This document shows, piece by piece, positions 1 to 9,349 of a stretch of DNA of 64,000 nucleotides. Position 1 is the first letter of the stretch; every line of letters begins with the position of its first letter. The notes under the pieces were generated by a model, which ran no database searches, was not told the origin of the DNA, and worked only from the letters and a program-made list of their open reading frames with translations. The stretch spans positions 1-64,000 of IMG/VR virus record IMGVR_UViG_3300024344_003321. One strand, 5' to 3'. The DNA comes from a virus. Made by a program: the position numbers and the translations under genes.

Positions 1-252
1 TTAGAAGAAAACCGATACAGAAAAATCGTAAATGCAGATGCAAGACGAATTGCTTGGTTTGTTAATAATTCAATGTCAGAAAATTATGATGATATGCCTG
101 AATCAATGAGAAAGAAATGGGTTAAAGCGGAATATAAAAAAGAACGATATATGGCAAAAAAATTTTTGGAATCAAAAAAACAGAATGAAAGTGTTGAAAG
201 TAAAGTAAGACAAATCATCAGAGAAGAAATTCAAAAGTTGAATGAAAAGTGA
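1..252 (+). CDS. Partial (5'-truncated) hypothetical protein, probable virion/internal head protein
   Basis: Frame 1 is open from the window start to TGA at 250-252 and ends ...KVRQIIREEIQKLNEK. The same frame stays open for 61 more codons (253-438). Confidence 0.6.
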   Translation, partial: LEENRYRKIVNADARRIAWFVNNSMSENYDDMPESMRKKWVKAEYKKERYMAKKFLESKKQNESVESKVRQIIREEIQKLNEK

Positions 253-450
253 TTAAAATTTAAAGCAGGTGATAATATTATTGTTAATACTGGAGGTAAA
301 GATATTAAAGCAATAATAAATCCAGAAATTGATAGTAAGCTTAAGGGAATATATTGGAAAGCTCAAGATGCATATAATGTGTTATTTAATAACAAGACAT
401 CTCAATATATTCCAAGCAAATATATAAGAAAAAGATAAATAAGGGTATAT

Positions 451-693
451 ATGGGGTATAACAAACGAAACACAAACAAAATAGAAATTACTGGGACACG
501 GGTTGAAGTGAAACATAATAATATAGAGTTTGCATTAAAGAAATTTAAGAATAAGATAAAAGATTCTAATTTGATGTTAGAACTAAGGGAGCGTCAAACT
601 TATAAGAAAAAATCTGATAAAAAACGAGAAAAACAAAATTTAATTAAAATAAGACATAAATATAAACAAGAAAAAGAAAATAATTTATATTAA
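451..693 (+). CDS. rpsU: Phage-encoded ribosomal protein bS21-like
   Basis: 80 aa, very basic; VEVKHNNIEFALKKFKNKIKDSNLMLELRERQTYKKKSDKKREK follows the bS21 pattern (V.V...IE.AL++FK+K....L.ELR.R..Y.KPS.K+R); lies directly upstream of the head genes. Confidence 0.8.
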   Translation: MGYNKRNTNKIEITGTRVEVKHNNIEFALKKFKNKIKDSNLMLELRERQTYKKKSDKKREKQNLIKIRHKYKQEKENNLY

Positions 694-708
694 AATTTAA
701 TTTATTCA

Positions 709-721
709 TATTTATATATGA
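709..721 (+). promoter_or_regulatory. Putative late promoter TATTTATATATGA
   Basis: The same 13-mer (one variant) precedes five structural operons: 709, 4171, 7498, 9307, 11336. Confidence 0.7.
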
Positions 722-729
722 AACTAAAT

Positions 730-807
730 ACACCGTTTATAGAAGGGTTTTACGGTGTCTAAATATCCCCTAAAGTAACTTACCTATTATAGGTCTTAAT
801 ACCTATA
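730..807 (+). promoter_or_regulatory. Structured 5' leader of the scaffold/capsid operon (two hairpins)
   Basis: Inverted repeats ACACCGT(730-736)/ACGGTGT(752-758) and TATAGGT(788-794)/ACCTATA(801-807). Confidence 0.45.
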
Positions 808-838
808 TTTCCAATAAAATAAATAATGGAGAATCGCA

Positions 839-1918
839 ATGAGTGATTTATTAAAAGAAGCAATCGCTGATGCTAAAGCAGTCCGAGAAACGGCTTTACA
901 GAATGCGAAAATGGCTCTACAAGAGGCATTTACACCTCATTTAAAGTCAATGTTATCTGCTAAACTGCGTGAAGATGATGACGAGTATGCAGACGATGAT
1001 GATTTTGAAGGTGAAGAAGAATTTGGTGGTGAAGATGAATTTGCCGGCGAAGATGAAATCGAGGGTGGTGCAATAAGTGATGAAGTTCCAAGTGATGATA
1101 TAGACATAGATATGGATATGGGTGACGAGGAACCAGAGATGGAAGAAGAAGGTATCATTGAAATAGATGGTGTCAAGTACGCTCCAATCGTATCAGAAGA
1201 TGAATTAGAAACCGACGAATTTGGAGGTGATGATGAGGAATTTGAAGATGACGAGGAAGCACTTGATTTGGAATCCATAATTCGAGAATTAGAAGCTGAC
1301 ATAAATGAAGAGGACGATTTAGAGGAATCTGATAATCCTTATGATAATAATGAACAGCACAATGACTATAAATCGGTTAAAACTGAATCTGCAGATGAAG
1401 ATGAGGATGAAGAATTTGAAGTAGATGAATCCTTATTTTTAGAAGATGACGATTTAGACGAGGAAGTCGACCAATCATCAGGTATTGGGACTGGTACAGG
1501 AAAAGGTAGCACAGATAAATCTTCCGGTATTGGAAATTCAAATAAAAAACTAAAAGAAGTTACTGCACAATTATCAGAGTATAAGGAAGTAGTTGGTTTT
1601 TTACGAGATAAATTAAGCGAAGTAAATATTTTAAATGCTAAATTATTATTTACAAATAAAATATTTAAACAATATGCTTTATCCAATAATCAAAAGATGA
1701 AAGTGGTAGAAAACTTTGATAGAGCTCGTACAACACGAGAAATCAAATTGGTTTATACTACTTTATGTGAAAACTTTACCAGCACAGGCCCGGTAAAACG
1801 AAAATCAATTAACGAATTAGCAAGTGCTAAATCAGGCTCAACTAAACCTTCTCGTAAGATAATTACAGAAGAATCTGCAGTTGCAAATAGATTTAAAAAA
1901 CTTGCTGGTATTAACTAG
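839..1918 (+). CDS. Prohead core/scaffold protein (T4 gp22-like)
   Basis: Extremely acidic central region and coiled-coil C-terminus; immediately upstream of the major capsid gene; GGAG SD. Confidence 0.75.
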   Translation: MSDLLKEAIADAKAVRETALQNAKMALQEAFTPHLKSMLSAKLREDDDEYADDDDFEGEEEFGGEDEFAGEDEIEGGAISDEVPSDDIDIDMDMGDEEPEMEEEGIIEIDGVKYAPIVSEDELETDEFGGDDEEFEDDEEALDLESIIRELEADINEEDDLEESDNPYDNNEQHNDYKSVKTESADEDEDEEFEVDESLFLEDDDLDEEVDQSSGIGTGTGKGSTDKSSGIGNSNKKLKEVTAQLSEYKEVVGFLRDKLSEVNILNAKLLFTNKIFKQYALSNNQKMKVVENFDRARTTREIKLVYTTLCENFTSTGPVKRKSINELASAKSGSTKPSRKIITEESAVANRFKKLAGIN

Positions 1919-1929
1919 GAGATAATATA

Positions 1930-3603
1930 ATGAGTAATTATATAAATGAAACTCTATTAGATACATCACCATATAAGAAGCAGCAAGATGCTGCAGCAAA
2001 ACTTATTGTAAAATGGGAAAAAACAGGATTATTAGATGGTCTAAATGAAGGGTATCAAAAAAATAACATGGCTATGATGCTTGAAAATCAAGCAAAGCAG
2101 CTATTAAACGAGGCATCAGTTGGTAGTCCAAGTGGTGGAAGTGTAGGTAGTGCATTTAAAGGTGATGAAGAATGGTCAGGTGTTGCATTACCATTGGTTA
2201 GACGGATTTTTGCTGATATAGCAGCTCAAGAATTTGTATCAGTTCAACCAATGAATTTACCATCTGGTCTTATATTTTACCTTGATATGACACATGGAAC
2301 AACATCAGGTGGATTTACTGCAGGTGAAGGTAGTTCTGTATTTGGTAAACAAGGTCCATTTTCTCCATCAGGCTCATCAGCCCCATATGGTGAAGATACA
2401 GGATTTTATGGTGCAGGTCGCTATGGATATACTGCTCCAAGTCAATCTGTAACAGTTCATTTAGATGGTGCAGTTGCTGCATCAATGAAGGACATCAACT
2501 TTGATGCTGATGTTTCACAATCTTATGGTGGAGCTCTTTGGAAAATGACTGGAACTTTAACTGCAAATAGAGTAGATGTACTATCAGCCAGAGGATGGGC
2601 ATTCTCAGGATATGGCGGTGGTGCAACAGGTTCTGCGGGTACCGTATTAAATCAATTTGTATCAGTTGATACTTCAAAAGAAGGAGCATCAAGTCATACA
2701 GTTACAGCAATAGTATCTGGTTCAACAGCAGCTATTGTGCAGGGTAATTATACTGTACAGTACTTTGAACAACCGACTGAAGCAATTAGAGGTGACTTTG
2801 AACAAACAACTACTGGCTTTGGTGCTAATCCAGAAACTGATTTAAACATTCCTGAAATTAACTTGAACCTAAAATCAAGACCAATCGTTGCTAAGACTCG
2901 TAAGTTGAAAGCAGTTTGGACTCCTGAAATGGCTCAAGATTTGAATGCTTATCATTCAGTTGATGCTGAAGCAGAATTAACATCAATGTTATCTGAATAC
3001 ATTTCAATGGAAATAGATTTAGAAATATTAGATATGTTAATTGCAGATGCAGTAACAGTCGATTATTGGTCAATGAAGCCAGGTAATGATTACGATTCAC
3101 AATCTAACTCATTTGTAAATACAACATTTTATGGTACACGCTTCGAATGGTATCAGACATTAGTTCAAAAGATACAAAAAGTATCTAATGAAATACATCG
3201 TTTGACATTAAGAGGTGGAGCTAACTTTGTTGTGTGTTCACCAAAAGTGGCTACTATACTTGAATCGTTGCCAGGATATAACGCTAACTTACCAGGTGGT
3301 GATTTAGCAGCTAATCAGCAATTTTCAATGGGTGTAACTAAAATTGGTGCAGTAAATAATCAGTATCAAGTTTACAAGAATCCTTATATGCATGAGAATA
3401 CAATTCTCTTAGGATATAGAGGTACTAACTTCTTGGAAACAGGTGCTGTTTATTCACCATATGTTCCATTGATTATGACTCCGCTAGTATATGACCCTAA
3501 GAACTTCCAACCAAGAAAAGGTGTGATGACACGATACGCTAAGAAGATGGTTAGACCAGAGTTCTATGGTAAGATATATGTAGCTGACCTTAATATGCTG
3601 TAA
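1930..3603 (+). CDS. Major capsid protein (T4 gp23-like)
   Basis: Motifs LPLVRRIF, VSVQPMNLPSGLIFYLD, AKTRKLKAVWTPEMAQDLNAYHSVDAEAELTSMLSEYISMEID, YSPYVPL, PRKGVMTRY. Confidence 0.95.
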   Translation: MSNYINETLLDTSPYKKQQDAAAKLIVKWEKTGLLDGLNEGYQKNNMAMMLENQAKQLLNEASVGSPSGGSVGSAFKGDEEWSGVALPLVRRIFADIAAQEFVSVQPMNLPSGLIFYLDMTHGTTSGGFTAGEGSSVFGKQGPFSPSGSSAPYGEDTGFYGAGRYGYTAPSQSVTVHLDGAVAASMKDINFDADVSQSYGGALWKMTGTLTANRVDVLSARGWAFSGYGGGATGSAGTVLNQFVSVDTSKEGASSHTVTAIVSGSTAAIVQGNYTVQYFEQPTEAIRGDFEQTTTGFGANPETDLNIPEINLNLKSRPIVAKTRKLKAVWTPEMAQDLNAYHSVDAEAELTSMLSEYISMEIDLEILDMLIADAVTVDYWSMKPGNDYDSQSNSFVNTTFYGTRFEWYQTLVQKIQKVSNEIHRLTLRGGANFVVCSPKVATILESLPGYNANLPGGDLAANQQFSMGVTKIGAVNNQYQVYKNPYMHENTILLGYRGTNFLETGAVYSPYVPLIMTPLVYDPKNFQPRKGVMTRYAKKMVRPEFYGKIYVADLNML

Positions 3604-3617
3604 ACAATACTTAACCA

Positions 3618-3655
3618 GTGATATGGGAGCTGATTAATTTCAGCTCCTTAATCAC
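3618..3655 (+). other. Intergenic stem-loop after the capsid gene (mRNA stabiliser or processing site)
   Basis: GGAGCTGA(3626-3633)/TCAGCTCC(3640-3647) extended by GTGAT/ATCAC; no U-tract follows. Confidence 0.55.
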
Positions 3656-3673
3656 ACTAATAGGAGAAAAAAT

Positions 3674-4096
3674 ATGCCGTTTATAAAAAAAACACATACA
3701 TTTGAAGGTTTAAAGTATAATTTAGATAATAAGGATAGAGTGGCTGCTTCTGCTGCAACACAAGGTGTTGACATTGGAGTTGTAACTCAGGCTACAAATC
3801 ATGCTACTGGTGTCACTCTTAACAAGCGAGCTGGTGTAATTACATTGGCTGGTGATGCTGTGGCAGCAACAACGAATGTGGAATTTACTTTTACTAATGA
3901 TACGATTAAAGCTGATTCCGTTATTTTATTGACTATGCAAGATGAGAATACCACGGATAACAAACAACTTGCATGTGCAGTCCATACGATTGCAGCAGGT
4001 AGCTGTGTTATAACAATAGTTAATCCTCATTCTGCTACAAGTACAAGTGCAACTGCTAGTAAGATTCATTTCTTAATTATTAATAGTACTGCTTAG
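3674..4096 (+). CDS. Hypothetical beta-rich structural protein (possible capsid decoration/fibre)
   Basis: Ala/Thr/Val-rich, 140 aa, strong SD, directly after the capsid gene and before a terminator. Confidence 0.5.
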   Translation: MPFIKKTHTFEGLKYNLDNKDRVAASAATQGVDIGVVTQATNHATGVTLNKRAGVITLAGDAVAATTNVEFTFTNDTIKADSVILLTMQDENTTDNKQLACAVHTIAAGSCVITIVNPHSATSTSATASKIHFLIINSTA

Positions 4097-4124
4097 TAAC
4101 TTATACTAATGTATAAAAAACCTT

Positions 4125-4157
4125 AAAGGGGGTGGATTAAATTCTATCCCTTTTTTG
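4125..4157 (+). terminator. Rho-independent terminator
   Basis: AAAGGGGGTGGA-loop-TCTATCCC followed by TTTTTT. Confidence 0.7.
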
Positions 4158-4170
4158 TTATATTTGCTTA

Positions 4171-4183
4171 TATTTATAGATGA
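4171..4183 (+). promoter_or_regulatory. Putative late promoter TATTTATAGATGA
   Basis: One-mismatch copy of the recurrent motif, placed between the terminator and the neck gene. Confidence 0.65.
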
Positions 4184-4214
4184 GTTATAACCATATTCTT
4201 TTTTGGAGAGTTTA

Positions 4215-5420
4215 ATGTCAAAGTTTAATTATATATATTCTGACCCAACTATATCTACACCCGCATCAGGTTCAACCCCGTATGGGACTTATGACAACGA
4301 TGCGTCGTTTGTTACGGAAAGTGTTGATATATGTAAATGGGTTGCTCGTAGATTGGGTCACCCTGTTATGCAATTGGAATTTAATTCGGGTTCGATATAT
4401 GCTATGTTTGAGGAATCCATATCAGAATATTCTTTGCATATAAATCATTATAATATGAAAAATTGGATATGGGAATCATATGGTTCGGATTCTAAACTAT
4501 CAGGGTCAGGGTGGTCAAATAATAGTGAAAACAGAATGGGGACTGGTTCAGCGACTGTAACACATCCACACATGGGAACGACCTTTTTATTATCAGACCA
4601 ATATGGTGAAGCGATTGGGTTGGGTGGAACAAAAACTATGCACACAGGTTCAATAACTATTACAGGTTCAAAGCAAGTTTATGATTTAGATAATGGTTCT
4701 AATATACCTGCATCACATAAAGGAAAAAGGTTAGAAATTCATACAGTATTTAATCAAGGTCCATCATCTATTACAAGATTTTATGACCCATTTACGGGTA
4801 ATTATGACCAAAGGAATATGTTAGATAGTTTTGGGATGGGCAATGTATCTCCTGCAGTATCATTTATATTACGACCAGTTTCGCATGATATAACACGAGC
4901 ACAAGCAATCGAAACAAATGATATTATAAGAAAATCTGCATATTCATTTGAATTGATAAATAACCAACTTAGAGTATTTCCAGTCCCAGAATCAGATGAT
5001 GATGGGAATAAAATATTCTTTAAATATTATGTGAAAGAAGATAAGCAATCTACCGCAAGTACATTTACGGATAACAGAGTAACAGACCCATCGAATGCAC
5101 CTTACAAATTTATAACATATTCAGAGATTAATGCACCAGGAAGACAATGGATACGAAAATTCACATTAGCATTGTCAAAGGAATTATTGGGTATTATTAG
5201 AAGTAAATATGCATCATTACCTCTACCAAATGGTGAAGTAGCTATGGATGGTGAATCATTGAAAGCAGAAGGTAGAGAAGAAAAAGCACAAATGTTAGAG
5301 GAATTAAAGGAATTTTTAGATTCAGTTTCATTATCTGAAAAAGCTAGGCAAGAACAGGAGCAGGCTGAATCTGCACAGCAAGTATTAGCTAAAGCCCCAT
5401 TAGGGATTTACATAGGATAA
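4215..5420 (+). CDS. Neck protein (T4 gp13-like)
   Basis: RRLGHPVMQLE near the N-terminus; WIRKFTLALSKELLGIIRSKY..LPNGEVAMDGESL and a PLGIYIG C-terminus. ATG at 4215 chosen for the GGAG SD. Confidence 0.75.
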   Translation: MSKFNYIYSDPTISTPASGSTPYGTYDNDASFVTESVDICKWVARRLGHPVMQLEFNSGSIYAMFEESISEYSLHINHYNMKNWIWESYGSDSKLSGSGWSNNSENRMGTGSATVTHPHMGTTFLLSDQYGEAIGLGGTKTMHTGSITITGSKQVYDLDNGSNIPASHKGKRLEIHTVFNQGPSSITRFYDPFTGNYDQRNMLDSFGMGNVSPAVSFILRPVSHDITRAQAIETNDIIRKSAYSFELINNQLRVFPVPESDDDGNKIFFKYYVKEDKQSTASTFTDNRVTDPSNAPYKFITYSEINAPGRQWIRKFTLALSKELLGIIRSKYASLPLPNGEVAMDGESLKAEGREEKAQMLEELKEFLDSVSLSEKARQEQEQAESAQQVLAKAPLGIYIG

Positions 5421-5424
5421 TTTT

Positions 5425-5892
5425 ATGGCAACCAATAAACCATTTTTTGTTCCACAAAAGGAAATAGATTTAATTGACTCTATGAATGAGGAGTTAATTG
5501 ATGATATTGTTGGTCAAACAGTAGATATATATAAAATAACGGTAGATGATACTGAAACCAATTTATATGGTGAATCTACTACAAAATATTATAATAAAGG
5601 ATTTAGAGTAAATTGTTTAATAATGTATGATGAGCCTGTTGTCAATTTAGATGAATTTGGACCAGATACAGGGGGGAGTATTGAGTTATATTTTCATAGG
5701 ACAACTTTAAAGGAAGCTAATTTTTATCCAGAAGTTGGGGATATTGTAGATTGGAATCGCCAATATTATGAAATGAATGCTGTAACAGAACCACAATTGA
5801 TTGCAGGACATCAGGGGTTTAAACATGAAATTAAAGTTGCTGCTCATAGAATAAGAACATCTAATTTACAGATAGAGGAACGAATAAAATAA
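5425..5892 (+). CDS. Head completion/neck protein (gp14-like)
   Basis: EELIDDIVGQTVDIYK, NLYGES, PEVGDIV motifs; follows the gp13-like gene. Confidence 0.65.
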   Translation: MATNKPFFVPQKEIDLIDSMNEELIDDIVGQTVDIYKITVDDTETNLYGESTTKYYNKGFRVNCLIMYDEPVVNLDEFGPDTGGSIELYFHRTTLKEANFYPEVGDIVDWNRQYYEMNAVTEPQLIAGHQGFKHEIKVAAHRIRTSNLQIEERIK

Positions 5893-6293
5893 TGGCTGTA
5901 CAAGAAATAACAAATAAAACGATAACTAAATTTGATTCATCTCATCCAAATTATAATTCTGAGCTTATCAAACGAAAAGAAGTGAATGGTAATCAGGATT
6001 ATGTAAAGTCCGATGATAGTGCAACGGACATATACGGTGAAAATACATACCAAGCACAATCAGAACCAAATGGAAATCTTAAAATGGAAGAGATGATGGG
6101 TAAGATGATGGGAAAACTTGACAATTTATCAGGAACAAATTCTCAAACTGGAACTGAAGCAGTTGAAGTAGATATTCAACGAGAAATAGCTATATCAATG
6201 GTTGACCAAAATGCAGTTAAATCAGAAGTAACATATGGTAGAGTGAAAAACAATAAGAATAAGTTGAAACGATTTAGAAGGATGAATAAATAA
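5892..6293 (+). CDS. Hypothetical protein
   Basis: 133 aa ORF translationally coupled on both sides. Confidence 0.6.
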   Translation: MAVQEITNKTITKFDSSHPNYNSELIKRKEVNGNQDYVKSDDSATDIYGENTYQAQSEPNGNLKMEEMMGKMMGKLDNLSGTNSQTGTEAVEVDIQREIAISMVDQNAVKSEVTYGRVKNNKNKLKRFRRMNK

Positions 6294-7165
6294 TGGCTGT
6301 AAATCCAATTACAAATAAACATATAGTTGTAGGAAAAAATATTGACCGCTCTAAGCAAGTATCAACTAAAGGGTCAGTACAACGGGGTGTTAGTGGCCGT
6401 TCTGCAGCCACATCAATAGTACCTGGAAAAGACTATACTAAAAATTATGCTATCACTTTAAAGGATGTGGATAGTGCAATTTTAAGTCACATAAAACAAG
6501 TGCTTAGACCAAAAGTTAAAGAAAGTAATGAAATGGTCGATGTACCTGTATTATATGGTAATGAGGAAAGGTGGGTGTCGGCTAAAAAACGAGGATATTT
6601 ACGAGATGAGCATGGTACTCTAATGTTGCCACTTATAATGCTACGGCGTATTTCCCATGATGCAAATACAATGTCTGGACAACGGTATTCACATGATATT
6701 AACAATGAATATGCATCAGTATTACGAAATTCAAAGTGGTCAAAAAACAATAGATATGATAGGTTTTCAGTACAAACGGGTAAAAAACCCGTATATGAAA
6801 ATATATTAACTACTATGCCAAATTTTAGAACAATAACTTATGATTTTGTGTTATGGACTAATTATATGGAACAGATGAATGAATTAGTGGAATTATTTAT
6901 AGAAGAAAATAATAAATATTGGGGTGAATCTGAAGGTTATAAATTTTTAGTAAATAGTGAAACAATTAGTGATTCATCGGACTTTGCACAAGATAGTGAA
7001 CGGTTTATAAAAATGAATTTACAGATATTTGCTCAAGCATATCTATTACCAGAATATATAAGCTCAGTAGTTACAGAAAAAATTTCAACAAGTAAGAAGG
7101 AAGTATCATTTTCAAAAGTTATATTTGGATTTGAAGGTGATGCATCAGATAGTCAAGTAAGTTAA
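6293..7165 (+). CDS. Tail terminator/sheath stabiliser (gp15-like)
   Basis: VPVLYGNEERW, LPLIMLRR, ITYDFVLWTNYMEQMNELVE; position before the sheath gene. Confidence 0.6.
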   Translation: MAVNPITNKHIVVGKNIDRSKQVSTKGSVQRGVSGRSAATSIVPGKDYTKNYAITLKDVDSAILSHIKQVLRPKVKESNEMVDVPVLYGNEERWVSAKKRGYLRDEHGTLMLPLIMLRRISHDANTMSGQRYSHDINNEYASVLRNSKWSKNNRYDRFSVQTGKKPVYENILTTMPNFRTITYDFVLWTNYMEQMNELVELFIEENNKYWGESEGYKFLVNSETISDSSDFAQDSERFIKMNLQIFAQAYLLPEYISSVVTEKISTSKKEVSFSKVIFGFEGDASDSQVS

Positions 7166-7188
7166 AAAAAACAAATGTAGGAGGTTAC

Positions 7189-7461
7189 ATGGATAGTACA
7201 AAGCAATTTTCAGATGATGAAATGAAACAATTAAAAGAAATTCAAGAAGCATATTTAGAAATACAGCATAATTTAGGGCAAATAGCTGTAGGTAAATTAA
7301 GATTAGAACAACAAATTTTTAAATTAGATGAATTAAAAATTAATTTAGAAAATGAATTTATTAAGACTCAGGAAGTTGAGCTTAATTTTGTTGAAAAAGT
7401 CAATAAAAAATATGGTGAGGGTGTGCTTAACCCAGAAACTGGAGAATTTGCACCAAAATAA
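7189..7461 (+). CDS. Hypothetical coiled-coil protein
   Basis: 90 aa heptad-rich protein ending KYGEGVLNPETGEF; strong SD. Confidence 0.6.
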   Translation: MDSTKQFSDDEMKQLKEIQEAYLEIQHNLGQIAVGKLRLEQQIFKLDELKINLENEFIKTQEVELNFVEKVNKKYGEGVLNPETGEFAPK

Positions 7462-7497
7462 AATAATAAAAAAATATTGTTTGCAACATTTGTATTA

Positions 7498-7510
7498 TAT
7501 TTATATATGA
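7498..7510 (+). promoter_or_regulatory. Putative late promoter TATTTATATATGA
   Basis: Exact motif copy upstream of the sheath gene. Confidence 0.7.
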
Positions 7511-7559
7511 TATATAATGGTTATTATATGCTTTAAAAAATTCACAAGGAGACCTCAAA

Positions 7560-9290
7560 ATGCCAAGTTCAGAAAAAATAATATCACCAGGAGTATTTAC
7601 AACAGAAATAGACCAAAGTTATCTTCCAGCCGCAATCGGTGATATAGGAGGGGCAATAGTAGGCCCAACAGTAAAGGGCCCAGCTGGAATCCCAGTAGTA
7701 GTAGGTTCATTTTCAGAGTTTGAACAACGATTTGGAGATGATTTTTCAAGTGGTTCAGATTATTATAGGTATTTTACTTCTTTAGCAGCAGAACAATATT
7801 TAAAACATGCTCCAAGTTTAACCGTGATACGAGTTTTACCTGGGGATTTTAGTCATGCTTCTTCTATTGTTTCGAGTTCAACATCCACAGTATCATTTAA
7901 ATTACATACATTAGGTGATGGTACGATAATGAATTCAAATAGTAAAAACGCTACTAATAATGTACTTCCATCGGGTTCAATACATAATTTAAGATGGGAA
8001 ATTACAAATGTAAATAACAAAAAAGGAACATTTACATTATTAGTAAGGAGAGGAAATGACAGCATTAAGAGAAAGGTTACGCTTGAAACTTGGAGTAATG
8101 TTTCACTTGATACTAAAGCGAATAATTATATTGGTAAAGCAATTGGGGACCAGAAATTTACTTTACGCGATGCAGGAACAACAGACCCATATTTACAATT
8201 ATCTGGGTCGTTTCCCAATAAATCTAAATATGTTAGGGTTGAGGTAATAAGTCCAACTGTTGATTATCTTGATGAAAATGGTGATTTAAGATTAAATGAA
8301 TTATCATCGTCATTACCATCGTCTGCAAGTGGTTCATTTGCTGGAGGTACAGATGGGACATTATCACATCCACAGAATTTCTATCATAACATTACTTCAA
8401 CAAATACGCAGGGATTGGACCCTACATCGGCAGGAAATGGTAAAACATCGTATGAGGATGCTTTAAATTTATTATCGAACCAAGATGAATATGATTTTAA
8501 TTTATTATGGTTACCGGGTATAAGTGATGCAGACCACAATGTTATAGCTTCTAAAGCAATTCAAATTTGTGAGGATAGAGGTGACTGTTTTACAATATTG
8601 GATCCAGTATTATACAATAGGACAATATCACAAGCAACAACTGAATCAGAAACACGGGATACGAGTTATGCAGCTCATTATTGGCCTTGGATTCAAATTC
8701 CTGATAATAAATTGGGTGGTAATATTTGGGTTCCACCATCAGTTGCAATTCCAGGTATATATGCATTTAATGATAAAGTTGCTCATCCGTGGTTCGCACC
8801 TGCAGGATTGAATAGAGGTGGAATAGATTCGGCAATAATGGCTGAAAGAAAATTAACTCATGCTAATAGAGATACTTTATATGATAGCAATGTTAATCCA
8901 ATTGCAACATTCCCAGGTCAGGGCGTGACTGTATATGGTCAAAAGACTTTACAGAAAAAAGCTTCAGCACTTGATAGAATTAATGTAAGAAGATTGTTGA
9001 TTAAATTGAAGAAATTTATTGCTTCAAGTTCAAGATTTTTAGTGTTTGAACAAAATAATTCAGCTACGCGGAGGAGATTTTTAAACATCGTTAATCCGTT
9101 TTTAGAATCAGTTCAATCTAATTCAGGATTAACTGCTTTCAGAGTAGTAATGGATGAAACAAATAATACTCCAGATGTAGTGGATAGAAATGTCTTATAT
9201 GGACAGATATTTGTTCAACCCACAAGAACGGCTGAATTTATAGTATTAGATTTTACAGTTCAACCATCTGGTGCTACATTTCCAGAATAA
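7560..9290 (+). CDS. Tail sheath protein (gp18-like)
   Basis: SPGVFTTEID, WFAPAGLNRG, NPIATFPGQG..VYGQKTL, DRINVRRL, FEQNN, QPTRTAEFI motifs. Confidence 0.95.
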   Translation: MPSSEKIISPGVFTTEIDQSYLPAAIGDIGGAIVGPTVKGPAGIPVVVGSFSEFEQRFGDDFSSGSDYYRYFTSLAAEQYLKHAPSLTVIRVLPGDFSHASSIVSSSTSTVSFKLHTLGDGTIMNSNSKNATNNVLPSGSIHNLRWEITNVNNKKGTFTLLVRRGNDSIKRKVTLETWSNVSLDTKANNYIGKAIGDQKFTLRDAGTTDPYLQLSGSFPNKSKYVRVEVISPTVDYLDENGDLRLNELSSSLPSSASGSFAGGTDGTLSHPQNFYHNITSTNTQGLDPTSAGNGKTSYEDALNLLSNQDEYDFNLLWLPGISDADHNVIASKAIQICEDRGDCFTILDPVLYNRTISQATTESETRDTSYAAHYWPWIQIPDNKLGGNIWVPPSVAIPGIYAFNDKVAHPWFAPAGLNRGGIDSAIMAERKLTHANRDTLYDSNVNPIATFPGQGVTVYGQKTLQKKASALDRINVRRLLIKLKKFIASSSRFLVFEQNNSATRRRFLNIVNPFLESVQSNSGLTAFRVVMDETNNTPDVVDRNVLYGQIFVQPTRTAEFIVLDFTVQPSGATFPE

Positions 9291-9306
9291 TTTTTAAAAA
9301 AAATAC

Positions 9307-9319
9307 TATTTATATATGA
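9307..9319 (+). promoter_or_regulatory. Putative late promoter TATTTATATATGA
   Basis: Exact motif copy upstream of the tail tube gene. Confidence 0.7.
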
Positions 9320-9349
9320 GATGTTTAATATATAAAACGGAGAAAAATA

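Noticed and set aside
937-1686. Ser-rich minus-strand ORFs (937-1302, 1366-1686) and the other minus-strand or nested ORFs in the track
   Set aside because: They are shadows of + strand genes (GAA/GAT-rich codons read as Ser antisense), with no recognisable motifs or SD sites.
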